Assembly: GCF_044704955.1 (NCBI RefSeq) | Contig: NC_091987.1 | Coordinates: 40,920,001 to 40,984,000 of the forward strand | Length of the DNA stretch: 64,000 bases | Origin: Pristiophorus japonicus | Taxonomy: Eukaryota | Direction of reading: 5' to 3' | In this document: positions 13,103 to 24,735 of the stretch, piece by piece | How positions within the stretch are numbered: the first letter of the stretch is position 1 | Layout: each line of letters opens with the position of its first letter | Made by a program: the position numbers and the translations under genes | Notes under the pieces: generated by a model | Seen by the model: only the letters and a program-made list of their open reading frames with translations | Told to the model about the DNA's origin: nothing | The model's database searches: none

Positions 13103-13460
13103 GAAAAGACTTGCATTTATATAGCGCCATTCACAATCACCGGATGTCTCAAAGAGCTTTACAACCAATTAAGTACTTTTGGAGTGCAATCACTGTTGTA
13201 GTGTGGGAAACGCAGCAGCCAATTTGCGCAAAGCAAGCCCCCAAAAACAGCAATATGTGATAATGACCAGATAATCTGTTTTAAGTTATATTGATTGAGG
13301 GATAAGTACTGGCCAGGAAATCAGGGATAACTCCCCTGCTCTTCTTTGAAAAAGTGCCATGGGATCTTTTATGTTCATCTGAGAGTCCCTGGAATGGGAC
13401 TTGAACCCACAACCTTCTGACTCAGGTGAGTGTGTTACTCACTGAGCCACAGCTGACACT
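13103..13460 (-). mobile_element. tRNA-derived SINE with L2-type tail (SacSINE1/DeuSINE-like), apparently internally deleted
   Basis: Minus-strand head GTGTCAGCTGTGGCTCAGTGAG (A box) and GGTTCAAGTCC (B box). Body has AAAAGATCCCATGGCACT...GGGGAGTTATCCC; the tail GCGCTATATAAATGCAAGTC is shared with the L2 3' ends. Confidence 0.8.
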
Positions 13461-13780
13461 AACCTTCTATCCTCCTTTAACCTCTCGCTAACCCATATTT
13501 ACAGCCACCCCTTGACCTTGCCATCCCTCGTTTCTTCACGATTCCTATGTCAATTGGAGACAAGGTCACCTTTGACCATTTCCTTGTATCACTCCCCACC
13601 CACATCCCTCTTCCCCCACCCAACCCTACTTCTTTCTGCGTCTGCCCCTGGAAAAAACTCTCTCCAAACTCTCTTAGAATTGCACTTATCAACTCCAAGC
13701 TATCCAGCCTTTGGCCCTCCATTTACCATGACATTTCTGCAGCCACCGATCAGCTCAACCACACTCTCACTGGCACCTTT

Positions 13781-14558
13781 GAACATAAGAACTAGGAACA
13801 GGAGTAGGCCATAAGGCCCCTTAAGCCTGCTCCGCCATTCAATAAGATCTGATCATGGATTCAGCTCCACTTCCCCGCCCGCTCCCCATAACTCCTCATC
13901 ACCTTATCGTTTAAGAAACTGTATATTTGTCTTAAATTTATTCAATGTCCCAGCTTCCACAACTCTCTGAGGCAGTGAATTCCAGAGATTTACAACCCTC
14001 AGAAGAAATTTCTCCTCATCTCTGTTTTAAATGGGCGACCGCTTATTCTAAGATCATGCCCTCTAGTTCTAGTCTCCCCCATCAGTGGAAACATCCTCTC
14101 TGCATCCAACTTGTCAAGCCCCCTCATACTCTTATACGTTCCAATGAGTAGAGGCCCAACCTACTCAACCTTTCCTCGTAAATCAACCTCCTCATCCCCG
14201 GAATCAACCTAGTGAACCTTCTCTGAACTGCCTCCAAAGCAAGTATATCCTTTCGTAAATATGGAAACCAAAACTACATGCAGTGTTTCAGGTGTGGCCT
14301 CACCAATACCTTATGTAGCTGTAGCAAGACTTCCCTGCTTTTATACTCCATCCCCTTTGCAATAAAGGCCAAGATACCATTGGCCTTCCTGATCACTTGC
14401 TGTACCTGCATACTATCCTTGTCACTTGCAATCTTTCTCCATTTAAATAATAACTTGCTCTCTGATTCTTTCTGCCAAAGTGCATGACCTCACACATTCC
14501 GACATTATACTCCATCTGCCAAATTGCTGCGCGCTCACTTAGCCTATGTCTTTTTGCA
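13781..14558 (-). mobile_element. 5'-truncated CR1 nested in L2
   Basis: WQMEYNVGMCEVMHFGRKN plus CR1 3' UTR and tail. The L2 sequence joins across it (CACCTTT|GATGCCCTAG). Confidence 0.88.
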
Positions 14559-17407
14559 GATGCCCTAGTTCCCATTAAAACCATTACTCTCTCTCACGCT
14601 GGCCGTTCCCTCTGGTATGGTCCTCATGTTGGCTCCCTTAAGTCCAAGGCACACAGACATGAACGGATGTGGCAGACAACTGGTTTAGCCATTCACTGCC
14701 AGGTCTGGTTGGACCACAAAGCACTATCAGATCCTACTCTTCTCTGCCAAAACTGCTCACTATTCCAGGATCATTCTGGAATGCAAAAATAACCCCCGGC
14801 TACTATTCTCTACAGCTATCCATCTCCTTAAACCCCTCTCCCATCTCCACCACACTCACCTTCTACAACAAGTGTGAGGAGCTCGTGGACTTTTGTCTCA
14901 TTGATTGAGACCATCCAAACAGCTGCACCTGCGAATTCCTTTCGTTCACCTAACCCACAGGGCCAAACTTCATCCGAGGCTCCCACATGCCCTAGCCCTA
15001 ATCTCCAACATCTTTCTCCAGTTTCTCTTTGATCTCCCCTATGGATTTCTCCAAGGTCATCTTGTCCATGAGACCCACTTCCTACTCCCTTGAACCTATT
15101 CCCACTAAAGTGAAGACCCAACTTCCTTTTCTGGCTCCCATGTTAGCTGACATTGTTATCAGTTCTCTCTCCGCAGGTACTGTCCCTCTCTCCTTCAAAT
15201 CTCCCATCATCACCCCTCTCAAAAAACAAACCCGTGACCCCACTGTGCTTGTAAGCTACAGCCCCATCTCCAACCTGCCTTTCCTCGCCAAAGACCTTGA
15301 ATGTGTTGTCGCCTCCCAAATCCGTGCCCATCTTTCCTGGAACTCCATGTTTGAATCCCTTCAATCTGGTTTCTGCCGCTGCCACAGTACCGAAACAGCT
15401 CTCATTAAAGTCACTGTGACAAAGGTAAACTATCCCTCCTTGTCCTTCTCAACTTGTCTGCAGCCTTTGACACAGCTGACCACTCCATTCTCCTCTCCAC
15501 CATCATTTAGCTGGGTGGGACTGCACTCGCCTGGTCCCACTCTTATCGATCTTCCCATTCCCGCATCATTACCTCTGGTCTCACCCAAGGATCTATCCTT
15601 GGCCCCCTCCTATTTCTCATCTCTATGCTGCCCCTTGGCAACATCCATGGCATCAGTTTCCACATTACTGCTGATGACACCCAGCTCTACCTCACCACCA
15701 CTTCTCTCGACCCCTCCACAGTCTCTAAATTGTCAGACTGCTTGTCTGACATCCAGTAGTGGATGAGTAGAAATTTTCTCCAATTAAATATTGGGAAAAC
15801 CAAAGCTATTGTCTTTGGTCCTGCCACAAATTGCAATCCGTAGCCACTGAATCCATCCCTCTCCCTAGCATCTGTCTGAGGGCTGAATCAGATTTCTCGT
15901 GACCCAGTTATCATATTTGACCCTGGATTGAGCTTCTGGCCACAGATCAGCGGCATAATTAAAACCGCCTATTTCCACCTACGTAACATTGCCTGTCTCT
16001 GCACTTGCCTCAGCTCATCTGCTGTTGAAATCCTCATCCATGCATTTATTACCTTTAGACGTGACTACTCCAATGCACTCCTGGCTGGCCTCCCACATTC
16101 TATCCTATGTAAACTTGTGGTCAGCCAATACTCGGCAGCCCGCGTCCTAACTCGCACCAATACCTGTTCACCCATTACTCCTGTGCTCGCTGACCTACAT
16201 TTGCTCCCAGTTAAGCAATGCCTCAATTTTAAAATTCTCATCCTGGTTTACAAATCCCTCCATGGCCTCGCCAATCTCCAATCCTCTGCCACCGGAGATA
16301 TCTGCGCTCCTCAAATTCTGCCCTCGAGCATCCCTGATTATAACTGCTCAACCATCAGTGGCCATGCCTTTAGCTGCCTGGGTGCCAAGCTCTGCAACTC
16401 CCTGCCTAAACCTCTCTGACTCTCTACCTCTCTTTTCTCTTAAGACGCTCCTTAACACCTACCACTTTGACCAAACATTTGGATATCTGTCGTAATTTCT
16501 TCGTGTGGCTCAGTGTCAAATTTATTTTATTTAGCTTTTTGTGTTATAACACTCCTGTGAAGCACCTTGGGACATTTTACTACATTAAAAGGCGCTATAT
16601 AAATATAAGTGGCTGTTGTTGTTGAAATATGAAGCACTGACACATTTTAAAGCATTTCATCTGCCACTCACAACCATGCTAAGAAAGTAATGGAGCTGCT
16701 TAGTAGTTTTTAAATGTAGTCAGGGTGATTCATTCTATGATTTTTCATCCCTCCTGGTGAGGAAGCACCTGTCTCCCTTTCTAAACCTTCTGATAGCATG
16801 ACTGAAAATCAGGAATTCAACATGTGGGGAATTATATACATGAACGAGCAACTGCATCAAACTGTGGCTTAGTACACTAGAATACCACTATGCCCCATTT
16901 CAATAGAATAATGTCAGAATTTAATTTTATATTAACATTGATATGTACAACACATAAAAACCAAGACAGCATGTAATCTGTCATCATTTCATACTGTAAA
17001 CTCCATCAGGTGTAGTTTGCTTAGACAGACAATTTGATGAAACTGAACAAACCTCATTTACCCATGCCAAGGAAGTTAGCATAAGAAAGATTCATTGGTT
17101 CATCTGGACAGGGTTATCAATCCATCTGAACAAACCAATTTGCTTTGTACGTACTGTTTGGTATCTTGCGCACGACCAGAACTTCCATGATCCAACCCAA
17201 TTATCGAGGTTTTCGTGACCTGACCTGGACAACCCAGCTCCCAAGGTCTGCCACCAGAATGGTGTCTCCCACCAGAATGGTGTCTCCAGAACTTCCAATC
17301 CACCATGCCATCGTGGGCTCTATGACCCACCTGACTCTACAGATCTCATGGAACTGAACTAACTCTCTGGATTTCTTGAATTTCTCATGATCGGCCTTGA
17401 AAAAACA

Positions 17408-17478
17408 AAGCGTCCCAAGTGCTTTACAGCCAATTAAGTACTTTTTTTGAAATGGTCAGTATTGCAATGTAGAAACAA
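17408..17478 (-). mobile_element. SacSINE1-like SINE 3' fragment
   Basis: GTCCCAAGTGCTTTACAGCCAATTAAGTACTTTT matches 13145-13215. Confidence 0.55.
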
Positions 17479-20223
17479 CTCCTATTCCAACATACAGTAT
17501 GTGCTAGATCACTTTTACTGTATTAAGTTTCAATGCTGGGGATGTTGGCCTGGACGAGGACGCTAATGTTTATGCATCCGTCCTCCCAGAGGATCTGCAG
17601 GATCTTGGACACATCGCTGGTGGTATTTCTCCAGCGACTTGGTGTCTACTGTACTTGGTCCACGTCTCTGAGCAAAAGACAGAAAGGAGATGAGTAAAAG
17701 TGGAGGCCAGAGAAACCCAAGGCAAAAAACAAAAAGGGTCACTGTACAGCAAAATTCGAAAGGGTCAAAGTGTAATAAAAAGGCAAGCATGAAAGCTCGG
17801 TGCCTCAATGCGAGGAGTATTCGGAACCCAGGAAAGGGCACTGAGCTAGTTAGAATGGGTGAGAGCTCAGATGAACAGGACCGCAAGAAAGAATGCAAAA
17901 GGCCGGAGGCAACAGAGCAGAGTAGCACTGGGGTAAGTGTAAACCACAAGGTGATAGGAAGGGACAATATGTATGAATATAAAGGGGCTGCAGGAGGGGT
18001 CAAAACTAAAAATCATGGTTTAAAAACTAGTATTAAAACACTCTACCTAAACGCACACAGCATTCGAAATAAAGTAATAGAGTTGACGGCACAAATCATT
18101 ACAAATGGGTATGATTTGGTGGCCATTACAGAAACATGGTTGCAGGGTGGCCAAGACTGGGAATTAAACATACAGGGGTATCTGACAATTTGGAAAGATA
18201 GACAAGAAGGGAAAGGAGGTGGGGTAGCTCTGTTAATAAAGGATGATATCAGGGCAGTTGTGAGAGACAATATTGGCTCTAATGAACAAAATGTTGAATC
18301 ATTGTGGGTGGAGATTAGAGATGGTAAGGGGAAATAGTCACTGGTGGGCGTAGTTTATAGGCCCCCAAATAATAATTTCACGGTGGGGCGGGCAATAATC
18401 AAGGGAATAATGGGGGCATGTGAAAAAGGAACGGCAGTAATCATGGGGGATTTTAACCTACATATCTATTGGTCAAATCAAATTGCACGGGGTAGCCTGG
18501 AGGAGGAATTCATAGAATGCATACGGGATTGTTTCTTGGAACAGTATGTTACAGAACCGACAAGGGAGCAAGCTATCTTAGATCTGGTCCTGTGTAATGA
18601 GACAGAAATAATAAACGATCTCCTAGTAAAAGATCCTCTAGGAATGAGTGATCACAGTATGGTTGAATTTGTAATACAGATTGAGGGTGAGGAAGTAGTG
18701 CGTCAAACGAGTGTATTATGCTTAAACAAAGGGGACTAGAGTGGGATGAGGGCAGAGTTGGCTAAAGTAGACTGGAAACACAGACTAAACGGTGGCACAA
18801 TTGAGGAACAGTGGAGGACTTTTAAGGAGCTCTTCCATAGTGCTCAACAAAAATATATTCCAGTGAAAAAGAAGGGTGGTAAGAGAAGGGATAACCAGCC
18901 GTGGATAATCAAGGAAATAAAGGAGTGTATCAAAACCGATGCGTATAAGGTGGCCAAGGTTAGTGGGAAACTAGAAGATTGGGAAAATTTTAAACGACAG
19001 CAAAGAATGACTAAGAAAGCAATAAAGAAAGGAAAGATAGATTACGAAAGTAAACTTGCGCAAAACATAAAAACAGATAGTAAAAGCTTTTACCGATATA
19101 TAAAACGGAAAAGTGACTAAAGTAAATGTTGGTCCCTTAGAAGATGAGAAGGGGGATTTAATAATGGGAAATGTGGAAATGGCTGAGACCTTAAACAATT
19201 ATTTTGCTTCGGTCTTCATAGTGGAAGATACAAAAACCATGCCAAAAACTGCTGGTCACGGGAATGTGGGGAGGACCTTGAGATAATCACTATCACTAGG
19301 GGGTAGTGCTGGACAGGCTAATGGGACTCAAGGTAGACAAGTCCCCTGGTCCTGATGCATCCCAGGGTATTAAAAGAGATGGCGGAAGTTATAGCAGATG
19401 CATCCGTTATAATCTACCAAAATTCTCTGGAATCTGGGGAGGTACCAGCAGATTGGAAAGCAGCTAATGTAACGCCGCTGTTTAAAAAAGGGGGCAGACA
19501 AAAGGCAGGTAACTATAGGCCGGTTAGTTTAATATCTGTAGTGGGGAAATTGCTTGAAGCTATCATTAAGGAAGAAATAGCGGGACATCTAGATAGGAAT
19601 AGTGCAATCAAGCAGACGCAACATGGATTCATGAAGGGGAAATCATGTTTAACTAACTTACTGGAATTCTTTGAGGATATAACGAGCATGGTGGATAGAG
19701 GTGTACCGATGGATGTGGTGTATTTAGATTTCCAAAAGGCATTCGATAAGGTGCCACACAAAAGGTTACTGCAGAAGATAAAAGGTACGCGGAGTCAGAG
19801 GAAATGTATTAGCATGGATAGAGAATTGGCTGGCTAACAGAAAGCAGAGAGTCGGGATAAATGGGTCCTTTTCAGGTTGGAAATCGGTGGTTAGTGGTGT
19901 GCCACAGGGATCGGTGCTGGGAACACAACTGTTTACAATATACATAGATGATCTGGAAGAGGGGACAGAGTGTAGTGTAACAAAATTTGCAGATGACACA
20001 AAGATTAGTGGGAAAGCGGGTTGTGTAGAGGACACAGAGAAGCTGCAAAGAGATTTAGATAGGTTAAGCGAATGGGCCAAGGTTTGGCAGATGGAATACA
20101 ATGTCGGAAAGGGTGAGGTCATCCACCTTGGGGAAAAAAAACAGTAAAAGGGAATATTATTTGAATGGGGAGAAATTACAACATGCTACGGTGCAGAGGG
20201 AGCTGGGGGTCCTTGTGCATGAA

Positions 20224-20544
20224 ACTCTTTTGAGTTAACCTGCAAAAACATAAAACATTAAAACCATGCCACCCGACCTGGGTGACACAGCAGACATTTT
20301 CAAGGCCCCTTTTTTTTTTTGGTTTTTGGTTTTTTTTTTTGGGGCGCTAAAATCAAATTTTTCCAGTGCCCCCTATAAAAGGGGAGGGGGACACTAAAAG
20401 CACCGGCAATGAAAACAAATTAAACTTTAAAACGTAAAATCAAATTAAAATTTGGTTGCCGGGCGTGATGATGCACTCCAGTCCCTCCGGTGCCCACCTC
20501 TCGCGGAAGGCCGCGAGCGTACCGGTGGACACCGCGTGCTCCAT
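20224..20544 (-). mobile_element. Tx1-like (L1 clade) LINE 3' end, copy 1
   Basis: Minus frame 20544-20440 reads MEHAVSTGTLAAFRERWAPEGLECIITPGNQILI*, resembling the Tx1 ORF2 C-terminus, followed by an A-tract-rich 3' UTR. Flanked by TCCTTGTGCATGAA at 20210-20223 and 20545-20558. Confidence 0.75.
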
Positions 20545-20558
20545 TCCTTGTGCATGAA

Positions 20559-20893
20559 ACTCTTTTAGAGTCTACCTGCGAAAACATAAACATTAAACTG
20601 TGCCACCCGACCTGGGTGACACTCCAGACATTTACAAGGCCCATTTTTTTTCCCCCCTTTTTTGTGTTTTTTTTTTTTTGTTTTTTTTTGGGCACTAAAA
20701 TCACAATTTTTCCCCAGTGCCCCCTATAAAAGGGAAGGGGACACTAAAAGCACCGGCAATTAAAACAAATTAACTTTAAAACGTAAAATCAAATTAAAAT
20801 TTGGTTGCCGGGCGTGATGATGCACTCCAGTCCCTCCGGTGCCCACCTCTCGCGGAAGGCCGCGAGCGTACCGGTGGACACCGCGTGCTCCAT
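20559..20893 (-). mobile_element. Tx1-like LINE 3' end, copy 2
   Basis: Same 34-aa C-terminal peptide (20893-20789) with a diverged 3' UTR. Flanked by TCCTTGTGCATGAA at 20545-20558 and 20894-20907. Confidence 0.75.
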
Positions 20894-23804
20894 TCCTTGT
20901 GCATGAATCCCAAAAAGTTAGTTTGCAGGTGCAGCAGGTAATCAGGAAGGCAAATGGAATGTTGGCCTTCATTGCGAGAGGGATGGAATACAAAAGCAGG
21001 GAGGTCCTGCTGAAACTATACAGGGTATTGGTGAGGCCGCACCTGGAGTACTGTGTGCATTTTTGTTCATCTTACTTAAGGAAGGATATACTAGCTTTGG
21101 AGGGGGTACAGAGATGATTCACTAGGCTGATTCCGGAGATGAGGGGGTTACCTTATGATGATAGATTGAATAGACTGGGTCTTTACTCGTTGGAGTTCAG
21201 AAGGATGAGGGGTGATCTTATTGAAACATTTAAAATAATGAAAGTGATAGATAAGATAGAGGCAGAGAGGTTGTTTCCACTGGTCGGGGAGACTAGAACT
21301 AGGGGGCACAGCTTCAAAATACGGGGGAACCAATTTAAAACCGAGTTGAGAAGGAATTTCTTCTCCCAGAGGGTTGTAAATCTGTGGAATTCTCTGCCCA
21401 AGGAAGCAGTTGAGGCTAGCTCATTGAATGTATTCAAATCGCAGATAGATAGATTTTTAACCAATAAGGGAATTAAGGGTTGCGGGGAGCGGGCGGGTAA
21501 GTGGAACTGAGTCCACGGCCAGATCAGCCATGATCTTGTTGAATGGCAGGGCAGGCTCGAGGGGCTAGATGGCCTACTCCTGTTCCAAATTCTTCTGTTA
21601 TGTTCTTATACAGGAGGGTGGGTATTACTACGGCCCTGTTGACCATGAGCTTGATGCCAGTTCTGAGGGACTGATCTTCAAACACTCTTTTCCTCAGGCG
21701 GCCGAAGGCTGCACTGGCGCACTGGAGGTGGTGTTGGATCTCATCATCAATGCCTGCTCTTGTTGATTGGAGGCTCCCGTGATAGGGGAATTGGTCCACG
21801 TTGTCCAGGGCCAAGCCGTGGATCTTGATGTTTGAGGGGCAGTGCTGTGCGGTGAGGATCGGCTGGTGTAGGACCTTTGTTTACTAATGTTTAGCGCAAG
21901 GCCTATGCTTTCATATGCCTTGGTAAATACATCAACTATGTCCTGGAGTTCAGCCTCTGTGTGCACAGGCATCGTCCGCGTACTGTAGCTTGCCGACAGA
22001 GGTTGGAGTGGTCTTGGACTTGGCCTGGAGACGGCGAAGGTTGTACAGCTTCCCACTAGTTCTGTAGTTTAGCTCCACTCCAACGGGAAGCTTAGCACTG
22101 ACCACACTTGATCAGCTCCACTGGGCAGGCCACATAGTTCGCATACCAGACAAGAGACTCCCAAAGCAAGCGCTCTACTCGGAACTCATCCATGGCAAAT
22201 GAACCAAAGGTGGGCAGAGGAAATGTTACAAGAACGCCCTCAAAGCCTCCCTGATAAAGTGCAACATTCCCACTGACACCTGGGAGTCCTTGGCCATAGA
22301 CGGTCCTAAGTGGAGGAAGTGCATGCGGGAGGGTGCTGAGCACCTCGAGTATAGTTGCCGAGAGCACGCAGAAATCAAGCGCAGGCAGCGGAAGCATGCG
22401 GCAAACCAGGCTCCCTGCCCACCCTTTCCCTCAACGACTATCTGTCCCACCTGAAACTGTAGTTCTCGTATTGGACTGTACAGCCACCTAAGAACTCATG
22501 CTAAGAGTGGAAGCAAGTCTTCCTCGATCCCGAGGGACTCCCTATGATGATGATGACTAAGTTTACAATCCATCTGATCTGATTAGTCCAGCTAATCAGA
22601 TTTGTTCTCAGAAGTCAGTTATTAGGATCTTACATTGTACAGAATGATATTTACTTTGTGTACTATTCTTCCATAAGCCACCAGTGTTTAAAAAAAACAG
22701 CCGTGTACTTGCTCTTATCAATAGACGGAGCCAGCTGCGACCATAGAAACTAATTTGCAATAAGTGTAAGTATTCTGGGGGTCAACAATAAAAACAAAAA
22801 ACAATTCTTATTGCACAACATAATAGACAAAAAGCCATACAACAAACATGTTTGACAACAGACTTTCCACCAAGGCCACTTCTGAAAAGCCAGTGCACAA
22901 ATGCACTCCACCCCTGCAACTTCAACAAATGATGCCCATTGATGACATCTGGCAGAACATGAAGAAGCCTGTGCTAAGCATTCTGCACTGCCCCTTCATG
23001 CTACTCTCCATGGTGCAACAAAAGCCACTGTACTGGGCAAAATCTCCATCATATCTTTTTATAAAGATTCATTGTGTCAAATTAATTCTGGATTTGATAG
23101 GTAGTTCAAGTCTATCACTGATGACTCAATTTCAGTGACCTACATCAATGCTCGTCAGGACTCCCATTGGAGGTCCCACTTGTTCATGGAATCAGCTGCC
23201 TCTTTGACCTCCTCTTATGCGCTATATGGCACAGTTTCACAATCATGTGATGCCAGTGTGTGCCTTAGTACTCTGATAACTTGTAAACTTGTAAATAATC
23301 CATTACAGAAAATTATTCTCCATTTGAAGGAGAATAAGTTCTTTCAAATTTGGTCTTGTTTAGAACATTATCATTGGTTCATTAGTTTTAAAAATCAGTA
23401 ATTGTATCAGACATACCATATATCGTCCTCTGGTGGGACTGTCATTTTCAAATGGCCCCCATTATACTTGCTGGCCTCCTTGGAGCATATCCCCTGGTTT
23501 TCCCCAAGTGGCTGTTTTTTTTTCCTGATTGGAGCAAAGGAGTACCAATGAAATATTTGACTAGTGTTTTTAAGGCCTCCATGAGATGGTGCAGAATCCT
23601 CAGAGTAACCAGGTCTTCTGCTCACCCAAAATTTACACATTTAATTCAGAGTATTCTGTCTTCTTAAACAGTAGAGAGGACACAAGGCAGTATCGGGTCC
23701 ATCAAATCCAAAGACAGCCATATCAGGAGGAGCAAGATTGTAAATTATTCATCTCTGCCCTAAAACTACAGTTTGCTTCTTAAAGATGGTACCTACATAC
23801 AGAT

Positions 23805-23910
23805 CAGGGGTACTGAAGTTGCATGTTCAGCCATGAACTCATTGAATGGCGGTGCAGGCTAGAAGGGCCGAATGGCCTACTCCTGCACCTATTTTCTATC
23901 TACGTTTCTA
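23805..23910 (+). mobile_element. CR1 3' tail fragment
   Basis: CAGCCATGA...GAATGGCGGTGCAGGCTAGAAGGGCCGAATGGCCTACTCCTGCACCTATTTTCTA. Confidence 0.85.
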
Positions 23911-24566
23911 TTCATGTACATGACATGACGTGCAATACATGTGCTAATTTATTCCTCTGTACTTTGTTATTGTTCAAATGCTTGCTATATTTTTCCTCAA
24001 AAACTTTGCAAAGGTAAATAAGTTACAAAACATTGCTTCACAAAATTATATTCAATATTTATCCAACTCATTAAAAGGAAAACTATCCCTACCCGTAACT
24101 TTATTGCTTGTAATCTTTGCGTTCTTGCAAATCATGGAATACCTCCATCGTATTGGCAGAAACCTTTTATCATCACATTTTTACTCATTATTAGTAAATG
24201 GCAACAATTTAAGCTTGGAACTAGCAATTTATTTTAGGTTTTTCCTAACAATATTATTGATGCAGTGTTGACTCCAATTACAGTACATTAATGACTTTTC
24301 AAACCTAGTGCTTGTGAAGTTTCAACATTCATTTGTGTATTTTAATTATATACACAAGACCACTTGTTTTATATAACTGACACCTCTTCAAGAATGTGTA
24401 GAATGTGTTAGAATTGTCAATCACATCGGGATCCTGAAAAATATCTGATCTACCTAAATATACCATGAAACATTCTCCAATCTTGTTCTTGTCATCGCTG
24501 TGATTCATATGAAGCAAAACATTCCTTGCACAATTCTTTTTTTCTCAGGATAAAAAATTGTTTCAT

Positions 24567-24735
24567 AAAAACAGTAAATGCAGCAAATACATAACAGGTT
24601 AGACAGCATCTGTAAAAGATAAAAACTAGGTTACCAATTCTGATGAATGATTACACACTCAAAATGTCATAACCTGTCTTATCTTTACAGAAGTGGAATG
24701 ACCCTATTGTGCATTGCTAGGATTTCCGGTTTTAA
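24567..24735. mobile_element. Palindromic Penelope-like terminal-repeat remnant
   Basis: Imperfect inverted arms (e.g. CTGTAAAAGATAAAAACTAGGTT / AACCTGTCTTATCTTTACAG) around ACCAATTCTGATGAA. Homologous to 5181-5312. Confidence 0.5.

Larger units (their letters stand above)
11750..16623 (+). mobile_element. Near full-length decayed L2 LINE carrying three nested insertions
   Basis: Endonuclease N-terminus ISLQNAHSLANKAL (about 12530), RT region YSPISNLPFLAK..ECVVASQ and LQSGFCRCHSTETALIKV, post-RT AYFHLRNIA...DYSNALLAGLP, and an L2 tail ending GTTGTTGTTG at about 16623. Confidence 0.88.
17674..21608 (+). mobile_element. CR1 LINE (subfamily B here), ORF2 nearly complete but broken by stops and frameshifts, nested in the RTE
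   Basis: APE motifs LYLNAHSIRNK, AITETWL, MGDFN and SDH; RT motifs [22 protein letters not shown] and KFADDTK. 3' tail TTCTGTTATGTTCTTA. The RTE sequence continues on both sides. Confidence 0.93.
17531..22557 (+). mobile_element. RTE-clade LINE with inverted 5' segment (17531-17673 plus 21609-22090 on minus; 22091-22557 on plus), TSD TAAGTTT, interrupted by a CR1
   Basis: Minus remnants TEAELQDIVDVFTKAYESIGLALN and EIQHHLQCASAAFGRLRKRVFED. The plus segment has QL.WAGHIV..PD.RLPK..LYSEL and a (TGA)n tail. TAAGTTT flanks it at 17524-17530 and 22558-22564. Confidence 0.88.

Noticed and set aside
13385-13460. tRNA-like sequence with A and B boxes
   Set aside because: It is the head of a SINE attached to SINE body and tail, not a functional tRNA gene.
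17251-17286. 18-bp tandem duplication CCACCAGAATGGTGTCTC x2
   Set aside because: Ordinary slippage duplication with no further structure.
20210-20907. Repeat-spacer-repeat pattern that superficially resembles a CRISPR array
   Set aside because: The DNA is eukaryotic, the repeats are 14-bp target duplications, the intervening units are homologous to each other, and there are no cas genes.
22577-22601. 10-bp perfect inverted repeat ATCTGATTAG/CTAATCAGAT (and an 8-bp one at about 29001-29024)
   Set aside because: Short stems with no supporting context; they could be chance or old DNA-element debris.
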